A DNA stretch of 50,517 nt from Methanosarcinales archaeon (GCA_025464585.1 JAODGL010000021.1:7876-58392); one strand, 5' to 3'; positions 1 to 10,759 are shown, counted from the first letter of the stretch. Program-made: numbers and translations. Notes: generated by a model from the sequence alone, not told the origin.

Positions 1-867
1 ATGGAGAAGTTAGCAGGTCCTGGAGACGTGCGAATGGTCGTGAAGAGACAGACAAGCAGCCGTAAAGGGGATAATGGACGTGTGTTAATAGTGGGCGGAG
101 GTCCTTTTTTTGGCGCGCCCGCTTTAGCCGCTCTTGCTTCTCTCCGTGCTGGTGCTGATTGGGTGACAATAGCAGCACCTAAAAGCGTTTCTTCTATTAT
201 CTCTTCACTGTCACCTAATCTGATCGTCCAACCTCTTTCTTCTGAGATATTGGTAGAAGAAGACGTGCCAGCGGTATCTAATTTGATAAACAAGCATGAT
301 GTAGTGATAATAGGTATGGGACTTGGTGCCGCGGGGGAAACGAAAAAAGCAACGAGGATGATAATCGAGGATGATGCGAGCAAAAAGGTGGTAGTAGATG
401 CGGATGGGTTCTATGGATTGCATTTGCCTGTGGAGGTAGAGGATAAACTCGTTATCGTAACTCCACATGCAGGAGAATTATCGAAGATGGAAATAGAAGT
501 AAAAGTACCTCCGGAGGAGAGGATGGAAGAACGGATAAATTTTGTGCAGAATTTTTCAAGGCTAAACAAAGTTGTTACTTTGTTGAAAGGTCCCACAGAT
601 ATTATATCTGATGGCACTCGCGTGAAGATAAACAAAAAGGGAAATGCCGGAATGACGGTTGGCGGTACCGGAGATGTGCTGGCAGGAGTAACTGGTGCTT
701 TCTTTGCAATCGCCGCTGACCCTTTCAAGGCGGCAACTGCTGCTGCGTTTGTAAACGGCACTGCGGGGGATATTGCGTTTGAGAACAAAGGTTATGGGCT
801 GCTCGCTACGGATGTGCTGGAGAATATCCCGCGGGTTATAAGAGAGGTGAGCTGCATCAATCAATAA
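1..867 (+). CDS. NAD(P)H-hydrate dehydratase (YjeF C-terminal, carbohydrate-kinase-like domain). The ORF starts at the window edge, so the N-terminus may be incomplete.
   Basis: Motifs KGDNGRVLIVGGGPFFGAPALAALASLRAGADWV and GGTGDVLAGV are typical of the YjeF_C/Nnr dehydratase family. Confidence 0.8.
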   Translation: MEKLAGPGDVRMVVKRQTSSRKGDNGRVLIVGGGPFFGAPALAALASLRAGADWVTIAAPKSVSSIISSLSPNLIVQPLSSEILVEEDVPAVSNLINKHDVVIIGMGLGAAGETKKATRMIIEDDASKKVVVDADGFYGLHLPVEVEDKLVIVTPHAGELSKMEIEVKVPPEERMEERINFVQNFSRLNKVVTLLKGPTDIISDGTRVKINKKGNAGMTVGGTGDVLAGVTGAFFAIAADPFKAATAAAFVNGTAGDIAFENKGYGLLATDVLENIPRVIREVSCINQ

Positions 868-890
868 TCAACCCGGAGTTTTATAGAGTT

Positions 891-1745
891 TTAAAACTTC
901 TCCCCCTCTTTCTCCAGCCTCTCCATTACCTCTTCCCTATAAGGAACACCTTCTACACCTTCTTTTTCAACGACAAAAGAAGCTGCACAGGATGCAAATA
1001 TCGCAGCCCTATGTACATCTTTTGTCTCACAATACCTCAACAAGAACGCAGCACCAAAAACATCCCCGGCACCGGTAGCATCCATTTCTTCTCTTTCAAA
1101 AGCAGGTAGATGTTCATGACGCTTTCCCTTGTCCCAATACAATTCCGCACCTTTCCTGCTCCTTGTCAGCACGAAAATATTTGAAAGTTCCACATATTCC
1201 GGAACATCCTCCTCAAACGCATCCTCTTCACTCACTACCACAAAATCCACTTTCGGCAAAATCTCATTCGCTTTTTCCCACCTCTTTTTCTCTATTCTCC
1301 ATCCTTCACCAATGCTTCTCATCCAGCCTTGCGGTGCTACACCAATTACGGAGCCATTAAATCTTCTGATTATCTTCTCTTCTAACTCATTCAATACCGG
1401 GCATATATAAACGATTTCGGCGTTAAACCACGCCTCTGGAATCGTTTCCTCCTTTATCCTATCCGCAACACTCGTGACATATTGTTTATTTATAAATGTC
1501 GTTGTCCTTTCACCTATTTGATACGCTAACCGAATGCCCTTTAAGGAATCCAATCCTTCAAAATCCTCCCCTATACTTGAGGCAATTGCAGAATCAACCC
1601 TAAATTTTCTCGCTAATATTGCTGAATATGCCGAGGCACCACCGATTACTTTCCTGTTCCCATATAAATCGTGGGTTATGAACCCCAAAGAGAGGAAATA
1701 GGGTGGTTTAGCTTGGGATAAAGCTTCTTTTTTCTTCATAATCAT
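891..1745 (-). CDS. PfkB-family (ribokinase-like) sugar kinase
   Basis: The C-terminal signature DATGAGDVFGAAFLLRY matches PfkB motif 2. Length is 284 aa. Confidence 0.75.
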   Translation of the reverse strand: MIMKKKEALSQAKPPYFLSLGFITHDLYGNRKVIGGASAYSAILARKFRVDSAIASSIGEDFEGLDSLKGIRLAYQIGERTTTFINKQYVTSVADRIKEETIPEAWFNAEIVYICPVLNELEEKIIRRFNGSVIGVAPQGWMRSIGEGWRIEKKRWEKANEILPKVDFVVVSEEDAFEEDVPEYVELSNIFVLTRSRKGAELYWDKGKRHEHLPAFEREEMDATGAGDVFGAAFLLRYCETKDVHRAAIFASCAASFVVEKEGVEGVPYREEVMERLEKEGEKF

Positions 1746-1777
1746 AAGGAAAAAATATAGAGAAAGAGAATAGGGAT

Positions 1778-2905
1778 TTAGCCTGTAATAAGCCCCCTTC
1801 TTTCTCCAAAACTATTTTCAACCGCTTCTCCTCTTATAAATCTTTCCAAAAGTTCTCTCGCCACTTCATCCGGATACTGTATCGGCGGATGCTTCATCGT
1901 ATACGCAGATATTTCTATCAGTGGTCCTGCAATTCCTCGATCCAGCGCAAGCTTGCATACTCTTATCGCATCAATTGTACTTCCTCCACTGTTAGGCGAG
2001 TCCTCCACTGAAAGCCTGAGTTCAAGGTCTATCGGAATATCTCCAAATATCCGTCCTTCCATCCGCAAGAAACAAATCTTATTGTCACGCTGCCATGGCA
2101 CGTAATCAGAAGGTCCTATATGGATGTCATCCGGCATCAACGGCTCATCCAGAACCGATTGCACCGCTTCAGTCTTTGATATCCGCTTTGATTTCAATCT
2201 CGCCCTGTTTAACATATTCAAAAAGTCGGTGTTTCCCCCTGTGTTAAGCTGATAAGTCCGGTCGAGCTTACATCCGCGGTCGTTGAACAACTTCGCCAAC
2301 GTCCTGTGAACAATCGTTGCACCAATCTGTGATTTCACATCGTCACCCACCACGGGCAATTTCTTCTCCTCGAATTCCCTCCCCCATTTGGGGTCAGATG
2401 CGATGAACACCGGCATGCAGTTGATAAACGCCACACCTGCATCCAGAGCGGCTTTCGCATAGAACCTCGTTGCCTGCTCCGAGCCCACGGGCATGTAATT
2501 CACTAAAATTTCGGCACCGCTATCTCTAAGCTCCTTCACCACATTGCAAGGCTCTTCATCCGCAACCACGAAGGTTTTATCCTCTGGATAACTGTGCATG
2601 TGTGACGCCACACCGTCCAGAACCGGTCCCATCTTCACTTCTACACCGTAATGAGGCACCCGATAAAAAACCGCCGTGCAGTTAGGCTCTGCAAAGACTG
2701 CTTCACTTAAATCCTTACGTACTTTCCTCTTATCTACGTCAAATGCCGCGACAACTTCTATATTCCCTGGTCTGTATCCATTGACCTCATAGTGCATCAA
2801 ACCGATGCAATCCTTCGCATCCACGTGTTTATAATATTCGATACCCTGGACAAGAGAACTTGCGCAGTTCCCAACGCCAGCAATGGCTACTTTTATCCTT
2901 TTCAT
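1778..2905 (-). CDS. ino1: Inositol-3-phosphate (myo-inositol-1-phosphate) synthase
   Basis: VAIAGVGNCASSLVQGIEYY, GDDVKSQIGATIVHRTLAKLF and NTGGNTDFLNML closely resemble the Ino1 family as I recall it from Mycobacterium and archaea. Confidence 0.9.
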   Translation of the reverse strand: MKRIKVAIAGVGNCASSLVQGIEYYKHVDAKDCIGLMHYEVNGYRPGNIEVVAAFDVDKRKVRKDLSEAVFAEPNCTAVFYRVPHYGVEVKMGPVLDGVASHMHSYPEDKTFVVADEEPCNVVKELRDSGAEILVNYMPVGSEQATRFYAKAALDAGVAFINCMPVFIASDPKWGREFEEKKLPVVGDDVKSQIGATIVHRTLAKLFNDRGCKLDRTYQLNTGGNTDFLNMLNRARLKSKRISKTEAVQSVLDEPLMPDDIHIGPSDYVPWQRDNKICFLRMEGRIFGDIPIDLELRLSVEDSPNSGGSTIDAIRVCKLALDRGIAGPLIEISAYTMKHPPIQYPDEVARELLERFIRGEAVENSFGERRGLITG

Positions 2906-3041
2906 TTCTTTTTATCACCCCCTTTCTTGCTTTAAATTCGTACTCGCTACTTCAACCTTTAAATTATATCTTCAGTTCTATATAAATATGTTAATTTAAC
3001 TTATTGCAAAAACCGATGTGAAGACCGGGAATAACAATAAA

Positions 3042-3833
3042 ATGACCAGAGAAAAGAAATATGAGAATATTTTATATGAGAGCAAGCAAAAAGTCGCAGC
3101 GATAACACTTAACAGACCGAAATCGTTGAATGCGTTGAACACTGCTTTATTAACAGAGCTGCGAGATGCGCTGGTAGACGCAGAAGCGGATGACGGAGTG
3201 CATGCGATTGTAATAACAGGAAGTGGAGAGAAAGCTTTCTGTGCAGGTGCGGACATAGAAGAGCTACTTGAGAAAAGTTCAATGGAAGCATGTGAGTGGT
3301 CCAGGTGGGTTCAGGGGATAACAACATACATGGAGAGGATGAGTAAGCCGATAATAGCAAAGATAAAAGGGTTCTGTTTGGGTGGTGGGTTGGAGCTCGC
3401 AATGGCGTGCGATTTCAGGATTGCATCCGAAAAAGCGGTATTTGGTCTGCCGGAGATAAACCTGGCAATTATCCCGGGTGGCGGTGGCACGCAAAGGCTA
3501 ACGAGATTGATAGGGAAGACAAAGGCGATGGGGATGTTGATGTGCGGTGAGCATATAGATGCAGAAGAAGCTTTTCGAATGGCACTCGTGAACAAAGTTG
3601 TACCTGTGGATGAGCTCGACAGCGAGGTTGACAGACTGACCAAAAAGCTGCTTTCTAAAAGTGCGGTTACGCTCGGAATAATAAAAGATGCGGTGAATAG
3701 TGGTATAGAAATGGACCTGGAGCATGCGTTGCGGTATGAAGCGGAATGCTTCGGGCATGCCCTTGGAACTGAGGATGCGAGGGAAGGGTTAAAAAGTTTC
3801 TTGGAGAGGCGGAAGCCGGCTTTCAAAAGTTGA
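3042..3833 (+). CDS. Enoyl-CoA hydratase/isomerase (crotonase) family protein
   Basis: ITGSGEKAFCAGADI and the GGGLELAMACDFRIAS oxyanion-hole motifs. The ATG at 3042 is preferred over the GTG at 3018. Confidence 0.85.
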   Translation: MTREKKYENILYESKQKVAAITLNRPKSLNALNTALLTELRDALVDAEADDGVHAIVITGSGEKAFCAGADIEELLEKSSMEACEWSRWVQGITTYMERMSKPIIAKIKGFCLGGGLELAMACDFRIASEKAVFGLPEINLAIIPGGGGTQRLTRLIGKTKAMGMLMCGEHIDAEEAFRMALVNKVVPVDELDSEVDRLTKKLLSKSAVTLGIIKDAVNSGIEMDLEHALRYEAECFGHALGTEDAREGLKSFLERRKPAFKS

Positions 3834-4270
3834 TAGCGAATTTGGGTTCGGATTACGATGGAAGATTTTATCTGTTTCATAGCGCGGACAATAGACCTAC
3901 CGGCAGACCGGGGAAACTGGAAGAAGCTGCGAGGTTGATCGTGGGTCAGGCGAAGCATGCAGTTGATTTAGTTGAAGGCGGGGAATTCGAGAAAGCCGTT
4001 TCAATAGGCGGTGGGATGCACCATGCCAAATCCAGTTTTGGCGAAGGTTTTTGTATCTATAACGACGTGGCATTTACCGCGGAATATTTGAAGCAGAAAT
4101 ACGGTTTAAAAAGAATATTAATCTTAGATACCGACGCCCATGCAGGAAACGGAACTTCTGAATACTTCTACCACGACCCTGGCGTGCTGTTCATTGATTT
4201 GCATCAAGACCCCAGAACCATATATCCCAATTTATTTATTTACTCCCTCTCTCTTTATTCCTTATCATGA
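3830..4270 (+). pseudogene. Central fragment of a histone deacetylase / acetoin-utilisation (AcuC/HDAC) family gene, truncated at both ends
   Basis: GGGMHHAKSSFGEGFCIYNDVA and LDTDAHAGNGTSEYF are HDAC catalytic-core motifs. Only about 110 family-like residues remain, against 330-370 aa in intact members. The ORF runs into the argF start. Confidence 0.65.
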
Positions 4271-5175
4271 ACCTCATCTCGATATTTGACCTCTCACATG
4301 CGGAGATAGAAGCGATAATAGAAAAAGCGGAAGAGCTGAAAAAGGAGCGAAGAGAAGGCGTAAGAGCGAGGAATGACTTAGAAGGTAAGACATTAGCACT
4401 GATATTCGAGAAGCCTTCTACACGCACCCGTCTTTCCTTTGAGGTTGCGATGCGTGAATTAGGGGGGGATGTGATAAGTCTAAATTGGCACGAGCTGCAG
4501 TTGGGAAGAGGGGAAGGAATAAGAGAAACAGCAAAGGTCTTCTCCGCTTATGTTGATGCGGTTATGATAAGGGCATATTTGCATAGCACGATAGAAGAGT
4601 TTGCGAAATATGCTTCCACGCCTGTAATAAACGGGTTGAGCGATTTGGAACACCCCTGCCAGACGTTAGCAGACTTAATGACAATAAAGGAGCATAAGAA
4701 GAAATTAGCAGGTGTTAAAGTAGCGTGGGTCGGAGATGGAAATAACGTGTGCAACTCGTTAATCGGTGGTGCTGCGATGACGGGTATGGATATCTGCGTT
4801 GTGTGTCCAAAAGGATACGAGCCGGCTAAAGTGATAGTAGAAAAAGCGAAGGAAATGGGTTGTGAAGTGGTAATACGGAATAATGCAGAAGAAGTCGCTG
4901 CGGATGCCGATGTCCTGTACACAGATGTGTGGGTCTCAATGGGAGAAGAGGAGGAGAGAGAGAAAAGAAAGAGGGATTTAAAAAATTATCAGCTAAGCGA
5001 GAATCTGGTGCAGGTTGCGAAAGAAGATGTTATAATAATGCACTGCATGCCGGTGCATATAGGAGAAGAAATAACGGAGCACGTAATGAACAGTGCTAAC
5101 TCAGTGATATTTGAGCAGGCAGAGAACCGACTACATGCACAAAAGGCGCTATTGTTAAAATTGTTAAAATATTAA
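4267..5175 (+). CDS. argF: Ornithine carbamoyltransferase
   Basis: STRTRLSFEVA, HPCQTLAD, DVWVSMG and HCMP motifs. Length is 302 aa. Confidence 0.9.
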   Translation: MNLISIFDLSHAEIEAIIEKAEELKKERREGVRARNDLEGKTLALIFEKPSTRTRLSFEVAMRELGGDVISLNWHELQLGRGEGIRETAKVFSAYVDAVMIRAYLHSTIEEFAKYASTPVINGLSDLEHPCQTLADLMTIKEHKKKLAGVKVAWVGDGNNVCNSLIGGAAMTGMDICVVCPKGYEPAKVIVEKAKEMGCEVVIRNNAEEVAADADVLYTDVWVSMGEEEEREKRKRDLKNYQLSENLVQVAKEDVIIMHCMPVHIGEEITEHVMNSANSVIFEQAENRLHAQKALLLKLLKY

Positions 5176-5285
5176 CCGTGTAAATATTGACATTTGCCTA
5201 TTATTCTACACCCTTTTCGAACTTTTTAGAAAATCTTTTTAAACGCTATTCTTTAAGAAGTATTCAGAGACGGTTATAAGAAAAA

Positions 5286-6761
5286 ATGGCAGACACAGAA
5301 GAAGAGGAGAAGTTCCCTTTTGATATAAACCCTATGTATGAGGGCGAAAGGGTAAGAAAAGCAGGGATGTATGTGGAGTTAGGGGGGCAAGGAAAGCCGG
5401 GGTACGAACTTGTTCTCTTTGAGCCTGACCCAGAGCGGATAAAAGATGGTGAGGTTAGCCTAATAGGACCGGACCTGGAAGATATGGAAGAAGGCGGTAA
5501 CTATGCGTATGCGATGATATACAGGGTATATGGGGCGCAGATAGAAAAAGACCTCGAGGCGGTTATAGAGCGGAGGAACCACGAATATCAGTCTTATATT
5601 CAGGGGTATATGCATCTCAACCAGAGGGCAGAGATATGGGTGAGGATAAGCAAGGAAGCAGTGAAGAAGGGATTAAAATCGCTGAAACAGATAGGAAAGG
5701 CAACGATAATGCTTTTCAAGGCAGAACTTCCGTTCATCGAAAAAATGGAGGCTACATATATTACAGACGAAGAGGAGGTGAAAAGGGGGTTAGAAGAGGC
5801 GAACAGGATATACGAAGCGAGGGATGTGAAAACGAGAGGACTGCACGATGAAGATGTGGATGAATTCTATCAATGCACGCTTTGTCAATCGTTTGCACCG
5901 ACGAATGTATGTGTGGTTTCACCGGATAGGATCGCGCTTTGCGGTGCGATGAGCTGGTTTGATTCGAGAGCGGCAGCGAGGATTGACCCTGAAGGACCAA
6001 ACGCTCCTATACCAAAAGGGGATTGTATAGACCCAATAGGAGGGGAATATACGGGTGTAAATGAAGCTGCGGTAAGACTCTCAAGTGGTGAATATGATTC
6101 CATAAAATTACATTCATTCCTTGAGAAGCCGCATACGAGTTGTGGCTGTTTTGAAGTAGCGGGATTTTATATACCGGAAGTTGAAGGAATAGGCTGGGTG
6201 CATCGGGGCTCGAAAGTGACCGATACGCCCATTGGTTTACCGTTTTCGACCATCGCGGGGTCTGTCGGCGGCGGGAAGCAAGTAAAGGGGTTCCTTGGGA
6301 TTGGAATACAATATTTCTACAGTCCCAAGTTCATACAATATGATGGTGGATGGCGCCGTGTGGTATGGATGGCATCGGATTTAAAAGCTCGAGTGGCAGA
6401 GGCTATTCCTGAGGAGATGAAGGATAAGATAGCGACAGAGAAGGAAGTAAAGACGATAGAAGAGCTCAGGGAATTCTTGCAGCGCGTCGACCATCCAGTG
6501 GTGAAAGGGGTAATCAGAGAAGTTGATGGAGAACGTGTAACAGAGGGATGGGCAGTGGAGGCAGAAGCTGCTCCCGCAGAGGTGGAAGTTCGTGCTGCCG
6601 AGGGTGCCCCATCAGAAGCTCGAGTTCCTCTTACATCTGTACCAGTGGTAGCATCAGGAGCGGGAGTTAATTCGCCTATAAAGATAATATTGAAGGATGC
6701 AGACATCAGCATCGGAAAGATAATAGTGAAGAGAAAAGAAGAAAGAGAAATAAAGAAATAA
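5286..6761 (+). CDS. cdhC: Acetyl-CoA decarbonylase/synthase complex beta subunit (acetyl-CoA synthase catalytic subunit)
   Basis: A-cluster Cys motifs CTLCQSFAPTNVCVVSPDR and HTSCGCFE. It also has the Ala/Glu/Val-rich C-terminal extension seen in archaeal CdhC. Confidence 0.9.
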   Translation: MADTEEEEKFPFDINPMYEGERVRKAGMYVELGGQGKPGYELVLFEPDPERIKDGEVSLIGPDLEDMEEGGNYAYAMIYRVYGAQIEKDLEAVIERRNHEYQSYIQGYMHLNQRAEIWVRISKEAVKKGLKSLKQIGKATIMLFKAELPFIEKMEATYITDEEEVKRGLEEANRIYEARDVKTRGLHDEDVDEFYQCTLCQSFAPTNVCVVSPDRIALCGAMSWFDSRAAARIDPEGPNAPIPKGDCIDPIGGEYTGVNEAAVRLSSGEYDSIKLHSFLEKPHTSCGCFEVAGFYIPEVEGIGWVHRGSKVTDTPIGLPFSTIAGSVGGGKQVKGFLGIGIQYFYSPKFIQYDGGWRRVVWMASDLKARVAEAIPEEMKDKIATEKEVKTIEELREFLQRVDHPVVKGVIREVDGERVTEGWAVEAEAAPAEVEVRAAEGAPSEARVPLTSVPVVASGAGVNSPIKIILKDADISIGKIIVKRKEEREIKK

Positions 6762-6767
6762 GGAGAA

Positions 6768-7994
6768 ATGGAGAAGAAAATAACCTTAGCTGACATCGCG
6801 AGGATACTGGAGAGATACGACGTAGTGGAGTTGGAGGACGTAAAGATAAAAGGGGATGTGGAATTGGAATTATCAACGGGCGTGGCGATTCCTCCTTCGG
6901 TAGTTCAAGCTCTGCAGTCCATGATGCCAGCACCAGCGGAGGAATTGGAGTTAATACGCACGAAATTTGAAGTTGCAAAAACGGAATGGAATGGGCAGAT
7001 AGAAGAAGTGACAATCGGTGCTACATCGGCTGATGGCGGCACGAGAGAAGCGACGGTAACGATAGGAGGAGAAAAGGCTTTGCCTTTCTATAATTTTGAC
7101 TATCAAATGCCGAATCCACCGGTAATTTCCGTAGATTGCTTTGACATGCCTATTTCGCTGGCGAAGGCAGTGAGAGAACATTATGAGGATGTGATGGAAG
7201 ACCCGGGGGAATGGGCGAAGAAGAATGTGCGTGAATTCGGTGCAGACATGGTCACGATTCATCTGATAAGTACAGACCCAACGATAAAGGATACGCCGGC
7301 GAGGGAAGCGGCAAAGACGGTAGAGGAGGTGCTGCAAGCTGTGAAAGTTCCTCTTGTCATCGGCGGGTCTGGCAATCCGGATAAAGACCCGGAGGTGCTG
7401 GAAGCCGCGGCTGAAGCAGCAGAGGGCGAGAGATGTTTAATTGCATCTGCAAACCTGAACATGGACTATGAGCGAATAGCAAAAGCGGCGCAGGAACACG
7501 GGCATGTTATTCTTTCCTGGACTCAGCTTGACATAAACGCGCAAAAGACGCTGAACCGGTATTTGTTCAAACTTGGCGTGCCGAGAGGAGATATAGTGAT
7601 AGACCCTACAACTGCTGCGCTTGGTTATGGTCTGGATTATGCATTCACAAATATAGAAAGGATGAGGATATCGGCGCTAAAAGGAGATACGGATTTGGCG
7701 TTTCCCATATCTTGTGGTATAACCAATGCGTGGGGTGCGCGCGAAGCATGGATGAAGGATTCGCCCATCAAGGAGGATTCAGATTGGGGTCCTGCGGTGT
7801 ATAGAGGTCCTTTGTATGAGATTATGACCGGTTTGACATTGGGTATAGCGGGTGGTGATATGTTTATGATGATGCATCCGAAGGCTGCTGGTGCGGTTAA
7901 GCGCGTAACGCAAATGCTGTTTGGAGCGGCGGGAGAGGAGGATAAGGGTAAAAAAGCGAAGATGGAAGATTGGGTGATGTGGGAGAGCACATAA
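6768..7994 (+). CDS. cdhD: Acetyl-CoA decarbonylase/synthase complex delta subunit (corrinoid Fe-S protein small subunit)
   Basis: It lies immediately 3' of cdhC, with a 6-nt gap. It shows TIM-barrel CdhD-like sequence ([23 protein letters not shown]) and is 408 aa. Confidence 0.85.
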   Translation: MEKKITLADIARILERYDVVELEDVKIKGDVELELSTGVAIPPSVVQALQSMMPAPAEELELIRTKFEVAKTEWNGQIEEVTIGATSADGGTREATVTIGGEKALPFYNFDYQMPNPPVISVDCFDMPISLAKAVREHYEDVMEDPGEWAKKNVREFGADMVTIHLISTDPTIKDTPAREAAKTVEEVLQAVKVPLVIGGSGNPDKDPEVLEAAAEAAEGERCLIASANLNMDYERIAKAAQEHGHVILSWTQLDINAQKTLNRYLFKLGVPRGDIVIDPTTAALGYGLDYAFTNIERMRISALKGDTDLAFPISCGITNAWGAREAWMKDSPIKEDSDWGPAVYRGPLYEIMTGLTLGIAGGDMFMMMHPKAAGAVKRVTQMLFGAAGEEDKGKKAKMEDWVMWEST

Positions 7995-8105
7995 CAAGAA
8001 ATGAGGAAAGAACTGAAAGAATCAATTATATATTATCCACTTCCATACTCCTTTGCCCATCTCTCATACTTTTCCACAATCTATTGAGCATCTTCGATGA
8101 AAATG

Positions 8106-8627
8106 TTATCCGTCCCTCCCCATCACTTCCTCGTGCAGCGTCATCGCTCTCTTTATAGAAGGATGGGTTTCGCCTAACGTATCCTTTAAATCCTCTATTG
8201 CGTCTTCTATCTTCGTTCTCTCTGTTCCATCAATCAGGTTATCCGCACATGCAACAATTTTCTCTTCTATTGTCTCTGGCACGAAATCCACCGGGGGCAG
8301 TCCTACTTTCTCCGCTTCCTCCGCGGTTATCCCGGCACCAACATGCCTCTGAATTATTCTCACTACTTTTTCCTCCAGTCCTAACTCCTTCGCTATTTCG
8401 CCACCCACGAACCCGTGGTCCACACCATGCGAGCGAGCCCTGCCTATGTCGTGCAGCAACGCGCCCTCAAAAACCAGTTTTTCATCCACGCTATTGTAAT
8501 GAAGAGCTATCTCCAAAGCCAGCTCAGCAACCGCTATACAATGCTCCACAACCGATTCATCACACCCAGCTTCTCTCAATAATTTTATACACCCGCGCCT
8601 TATCCCTTTTTTATCTCGCGCTTCCAC
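8106..8627 (-). CDS. HD-domain metal-dependent phosphohydrolase
   Basis: The HD signature LLHDIGR plus a downstream H..H/D pattern (IIQRHVGAG). Length is 173 aa. Confidence 0.7.
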   Translation of the reverse strand: MEARDKKGIRRGCIKLLREAGCDESVVEHCIAVAELALEIALHYNSVDEKLVFEGALLHDIGRARSHGVDHGFVGGEIAKELGLEEKVVRIIQRHVGAGITAEEAEKVGLPPVDFVPETIEEKIVACADNLIDGTERTKIEDAIEDLKDTLGETHPSIKRAMTLHEEVMGRDG

Positions 8628-9109
8628 TTCTCTATCTCTTCTATCTTCTCTTCTAACTCTTTTATTAACGCACCATTATCAACATATTCAAAATTTGAGC
8701 TGCATTCATCGCACCAGAAGTCTTTCGCTGCCGCTTCTTCAAATAAAACGCGCTGACAGTGACACTGATAAAACACCCCTTTGCGCTCCTCTTCAAGTTG
8801 ACTGTTTAGTCCCTGCAACAACCCCTCTGCCTCTTCTTCCATTAGCTTTTTAATATTGTCACGATTAAAGTGCCATAAATACGTAATCCATCCACTATTA
8901 TCATCACGTTCAGTCCTGTATTCGGCTATTCTATTCTCATACAACGTGTATAGAACCTTTCTTACAGAAGTGAGTTTGGTATCACTTAGCTTCGCGATTT
9001 CCTCATCGGTTATCTCTTCCTCCGGAACGGTCTCCATTATCTTCAGCCCTTCCTCCCCTATCATCTTCCTGAAATACTCCCGTACTATAAAGTTCTCCGA
9101 CTCAAACAT
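8600..9109 (-). CDS. tfe: Transcription factor E (TFE alpha, TFIIE-alpha homolog)
   Basis: An N-terminal winged-helix region (VRKVLYTLYENRIAEY) and a Zn-ribbon-like C..C....C..C (YQCHCQ...FWCDECS). Length is 169 aa. Confidence 0.7.
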   Translation of the reverse strand: MFESENFIVREYFRKMIGEEGLKIMETVPEEEITDEEIAKLSDTKLTSVRKVLYTLYENRIAEYRTERDDNSGWITYLWHFNRDNIKKLMEEEAEGLLQGLNSQLEEERKGVFYQCHCQRVLFEEAAAKDFWCDECSSNFEYVDNGALIKELEEKIEEIEKWKREIKKG

Positions 9110-9225
9110 CTCCGGTATTTCACCACTATATTAAATTATAACTTCTGATTAAATTAATTTTTCTTTTTGTTCGTATAGCAGTGACGAAGATATGAGGCAT
9201 AATTTAAAACTTCACACTTGTACCT

Positions 9226-9999
9226 CTACAAAAACTTTTCTCTTATTTCCCCTCCCTTTTCTATCCCTATCTCCACCATTTCTGCTATCTCTTCTTCTTT
9301 TAACCCGCCACTCCCGCTCTTCTGCATCCCGGATAGGGTGCCATCTGCATTTGAAATCACCGTTAGCCTGCTTGCGGCTGCATTTTCCTCATTAAAATCC
9401 GGGTCCACCAGGATATTCCCATCAATTTCTACTGTCGTTACCGCTACCGGTCTGTCCCGCATGGGCAGTGTATCTTCGCCTGTTAAGCCATATCTCTCGT
9501 TTGGTATGCGGATATTCAGAAGAGAAGCAATAGCACCTAACGCAGCGGCATCCACCAGGTTACCGTCGTTGTCTAATATATGTATATCTATAAAAACCAT
9601 CCATACCTTCTCTCCTTCTTCTATACACAATTTCGCCAGGTCTATTGCTTCTGAGCCTCGTATCCCTCGGTCCACTACTCTCGCCAGTTGTACACTGTTT
9701 TCATCCGGTGGTCCTGATTCGAATTCCGGCGATGCCAGAGGCACAAATTCTGCATTTGTTATTATCACCCCTTCACCCGGTGCATCAGGAAAAGGCGCAC
9801 CGGGTTCCAGTTTTACACCCACTAAAACATCGGTATTCCCTATTCTCACCCTTGCTGAACCCTCTGCGCGCTTTATTACATCCCTTTCCACATTTATCTC
9901 CCGGTATTCACGAAATCCCCTACCATCTGCCCTCTTACCACTTTCTATCAAATCACGTACATAATCTTTCCTTATATCATTCACAATCTCAAGTCCCAT
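9226..9999 (-). CDS. rrp42: Exosome complex RNase PH-like subunit Rrp42
   Basis: An RNase PH fold sequence (RADGRGFREYREI) located 3' of rrp41 in the conserved archaeal exosome operon order. Confidence 0.85.
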   Translation of the reverse strand: MGLEIVNDIRKDYVRDLIESGKRADGRGFREYREINVERDVIKRAEGSARVRIGNTDVLVGVKLEPGAPFPDAPGEGVIITNAEFVPLASPEFESGPPDENSVQLARVVDRGIRGSEAIDLAKLCIEEGEKVWMVFIDIHILDNDGNLVDAAALGAIASLLNIRIPNERYGLTGEDTLPMRDRPVAVTTVEIDGNILVDPDFNEENAAASRLTVISNADGTLSGMQKSGSGGLKEEEIAEMVEIGIEKGGEIREKFL

Positions 10000-10018
10000 C
10001 TCTATGCCTCACCTCCTC

Positions 10019-10750
10019 CTATACATCCACACTCTCACTATATCTATCTATCAACGCCGCTCTTTGCAACTCGTATATCTGATGACATGCACCCATCGCA
10101 AGCTTCAATCCACGCTCAAATTCTTCTTTTTCGAGACGACCATCCATTTGCAATAATGTAATCGTGTTTGTTCTCGCCACCATCGCCACCGGCATATCTG
10201 CCTCACCGTGATTGTCTTCCATTGCATTCAAATCCAACACTATTTCCCCATCTATTTTACCAACTGCAACGGAAGAAACCAGGTCCTTCATTGGTATCCC
10301 AGCATCAGCAAGAGCGACAGAAGCAGCATTTATCCCGACTGTTCTCGTACCCGCGTCCGACTGCAGTATCTCCACATAAACGTCTATCGCCGTCTTTGGA
10401 TAATACTCGCGCATAATAACGGGGTCCAACGCTTCTCTACTCACCTTCGATATTTCCACGCTCCTTCTATCAGGTCCTGGTCTTTTTCTGTCATCCACCG
10501 AAAAAGGCGCCATGTTATACCGGAATTTGACCACAGCCATCTTTGCATCCTGAGCGTGCCTCGGATGCATCTCCCTTGGTCCATATACCGCGGCTATCAC
10601 CTTATTATCGCCTAACTCGAAATAACATGACCCATCTGCTCTTTTTAACACACCAACCTCTATTTTTATAGGTCTGAGCTCGTCGAAACCCCGTCCATCT
10701 AATCTCTTTCCTTCTTTTATAAGCTCTATCTCTTCTTTTCCCTCTTTCAT
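10019..10750 (-). CDS. rrp41: Exosome complex exonuclease Rrp41
   Basis: [20 protein letters not shown] and DAGTRT are RNase PH catalytic-subunit motifs. Confidence 0.9.
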   Translation of the reverse strand: MKEGKEEIELIKEGKRLDGRGFDELRPIKIEVGVLKRADGSCYFELGDNKVIAAVYGPREMHPRHAQDAKMAVVKFRYNMAPFSVDDRKRPGPDRRSVEISKVSREALDPVIMREYYPKTAIDVYVEILQSDAGTRTVGINAASVALADAGIPMKDLVSSVAVGKIDGEIVLDLNAMEDNHGEADMPVAMVARTNTITLLQMDGRLEKEEFERGLKLAMGACHQIYELQRAALIDRYSESVDV

Positions 10751-10759
10751 TCTTCTTTT

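Noticed and set aside
9218-9964. 248-aa plus-strand ORF covering the same DNA as rrp42
   Set aside because: It is a shadow ORF antisense to a well-supported exosome gene. Its translation is low-complexity Ser/Pro/Leu-rich sequence with no motif.
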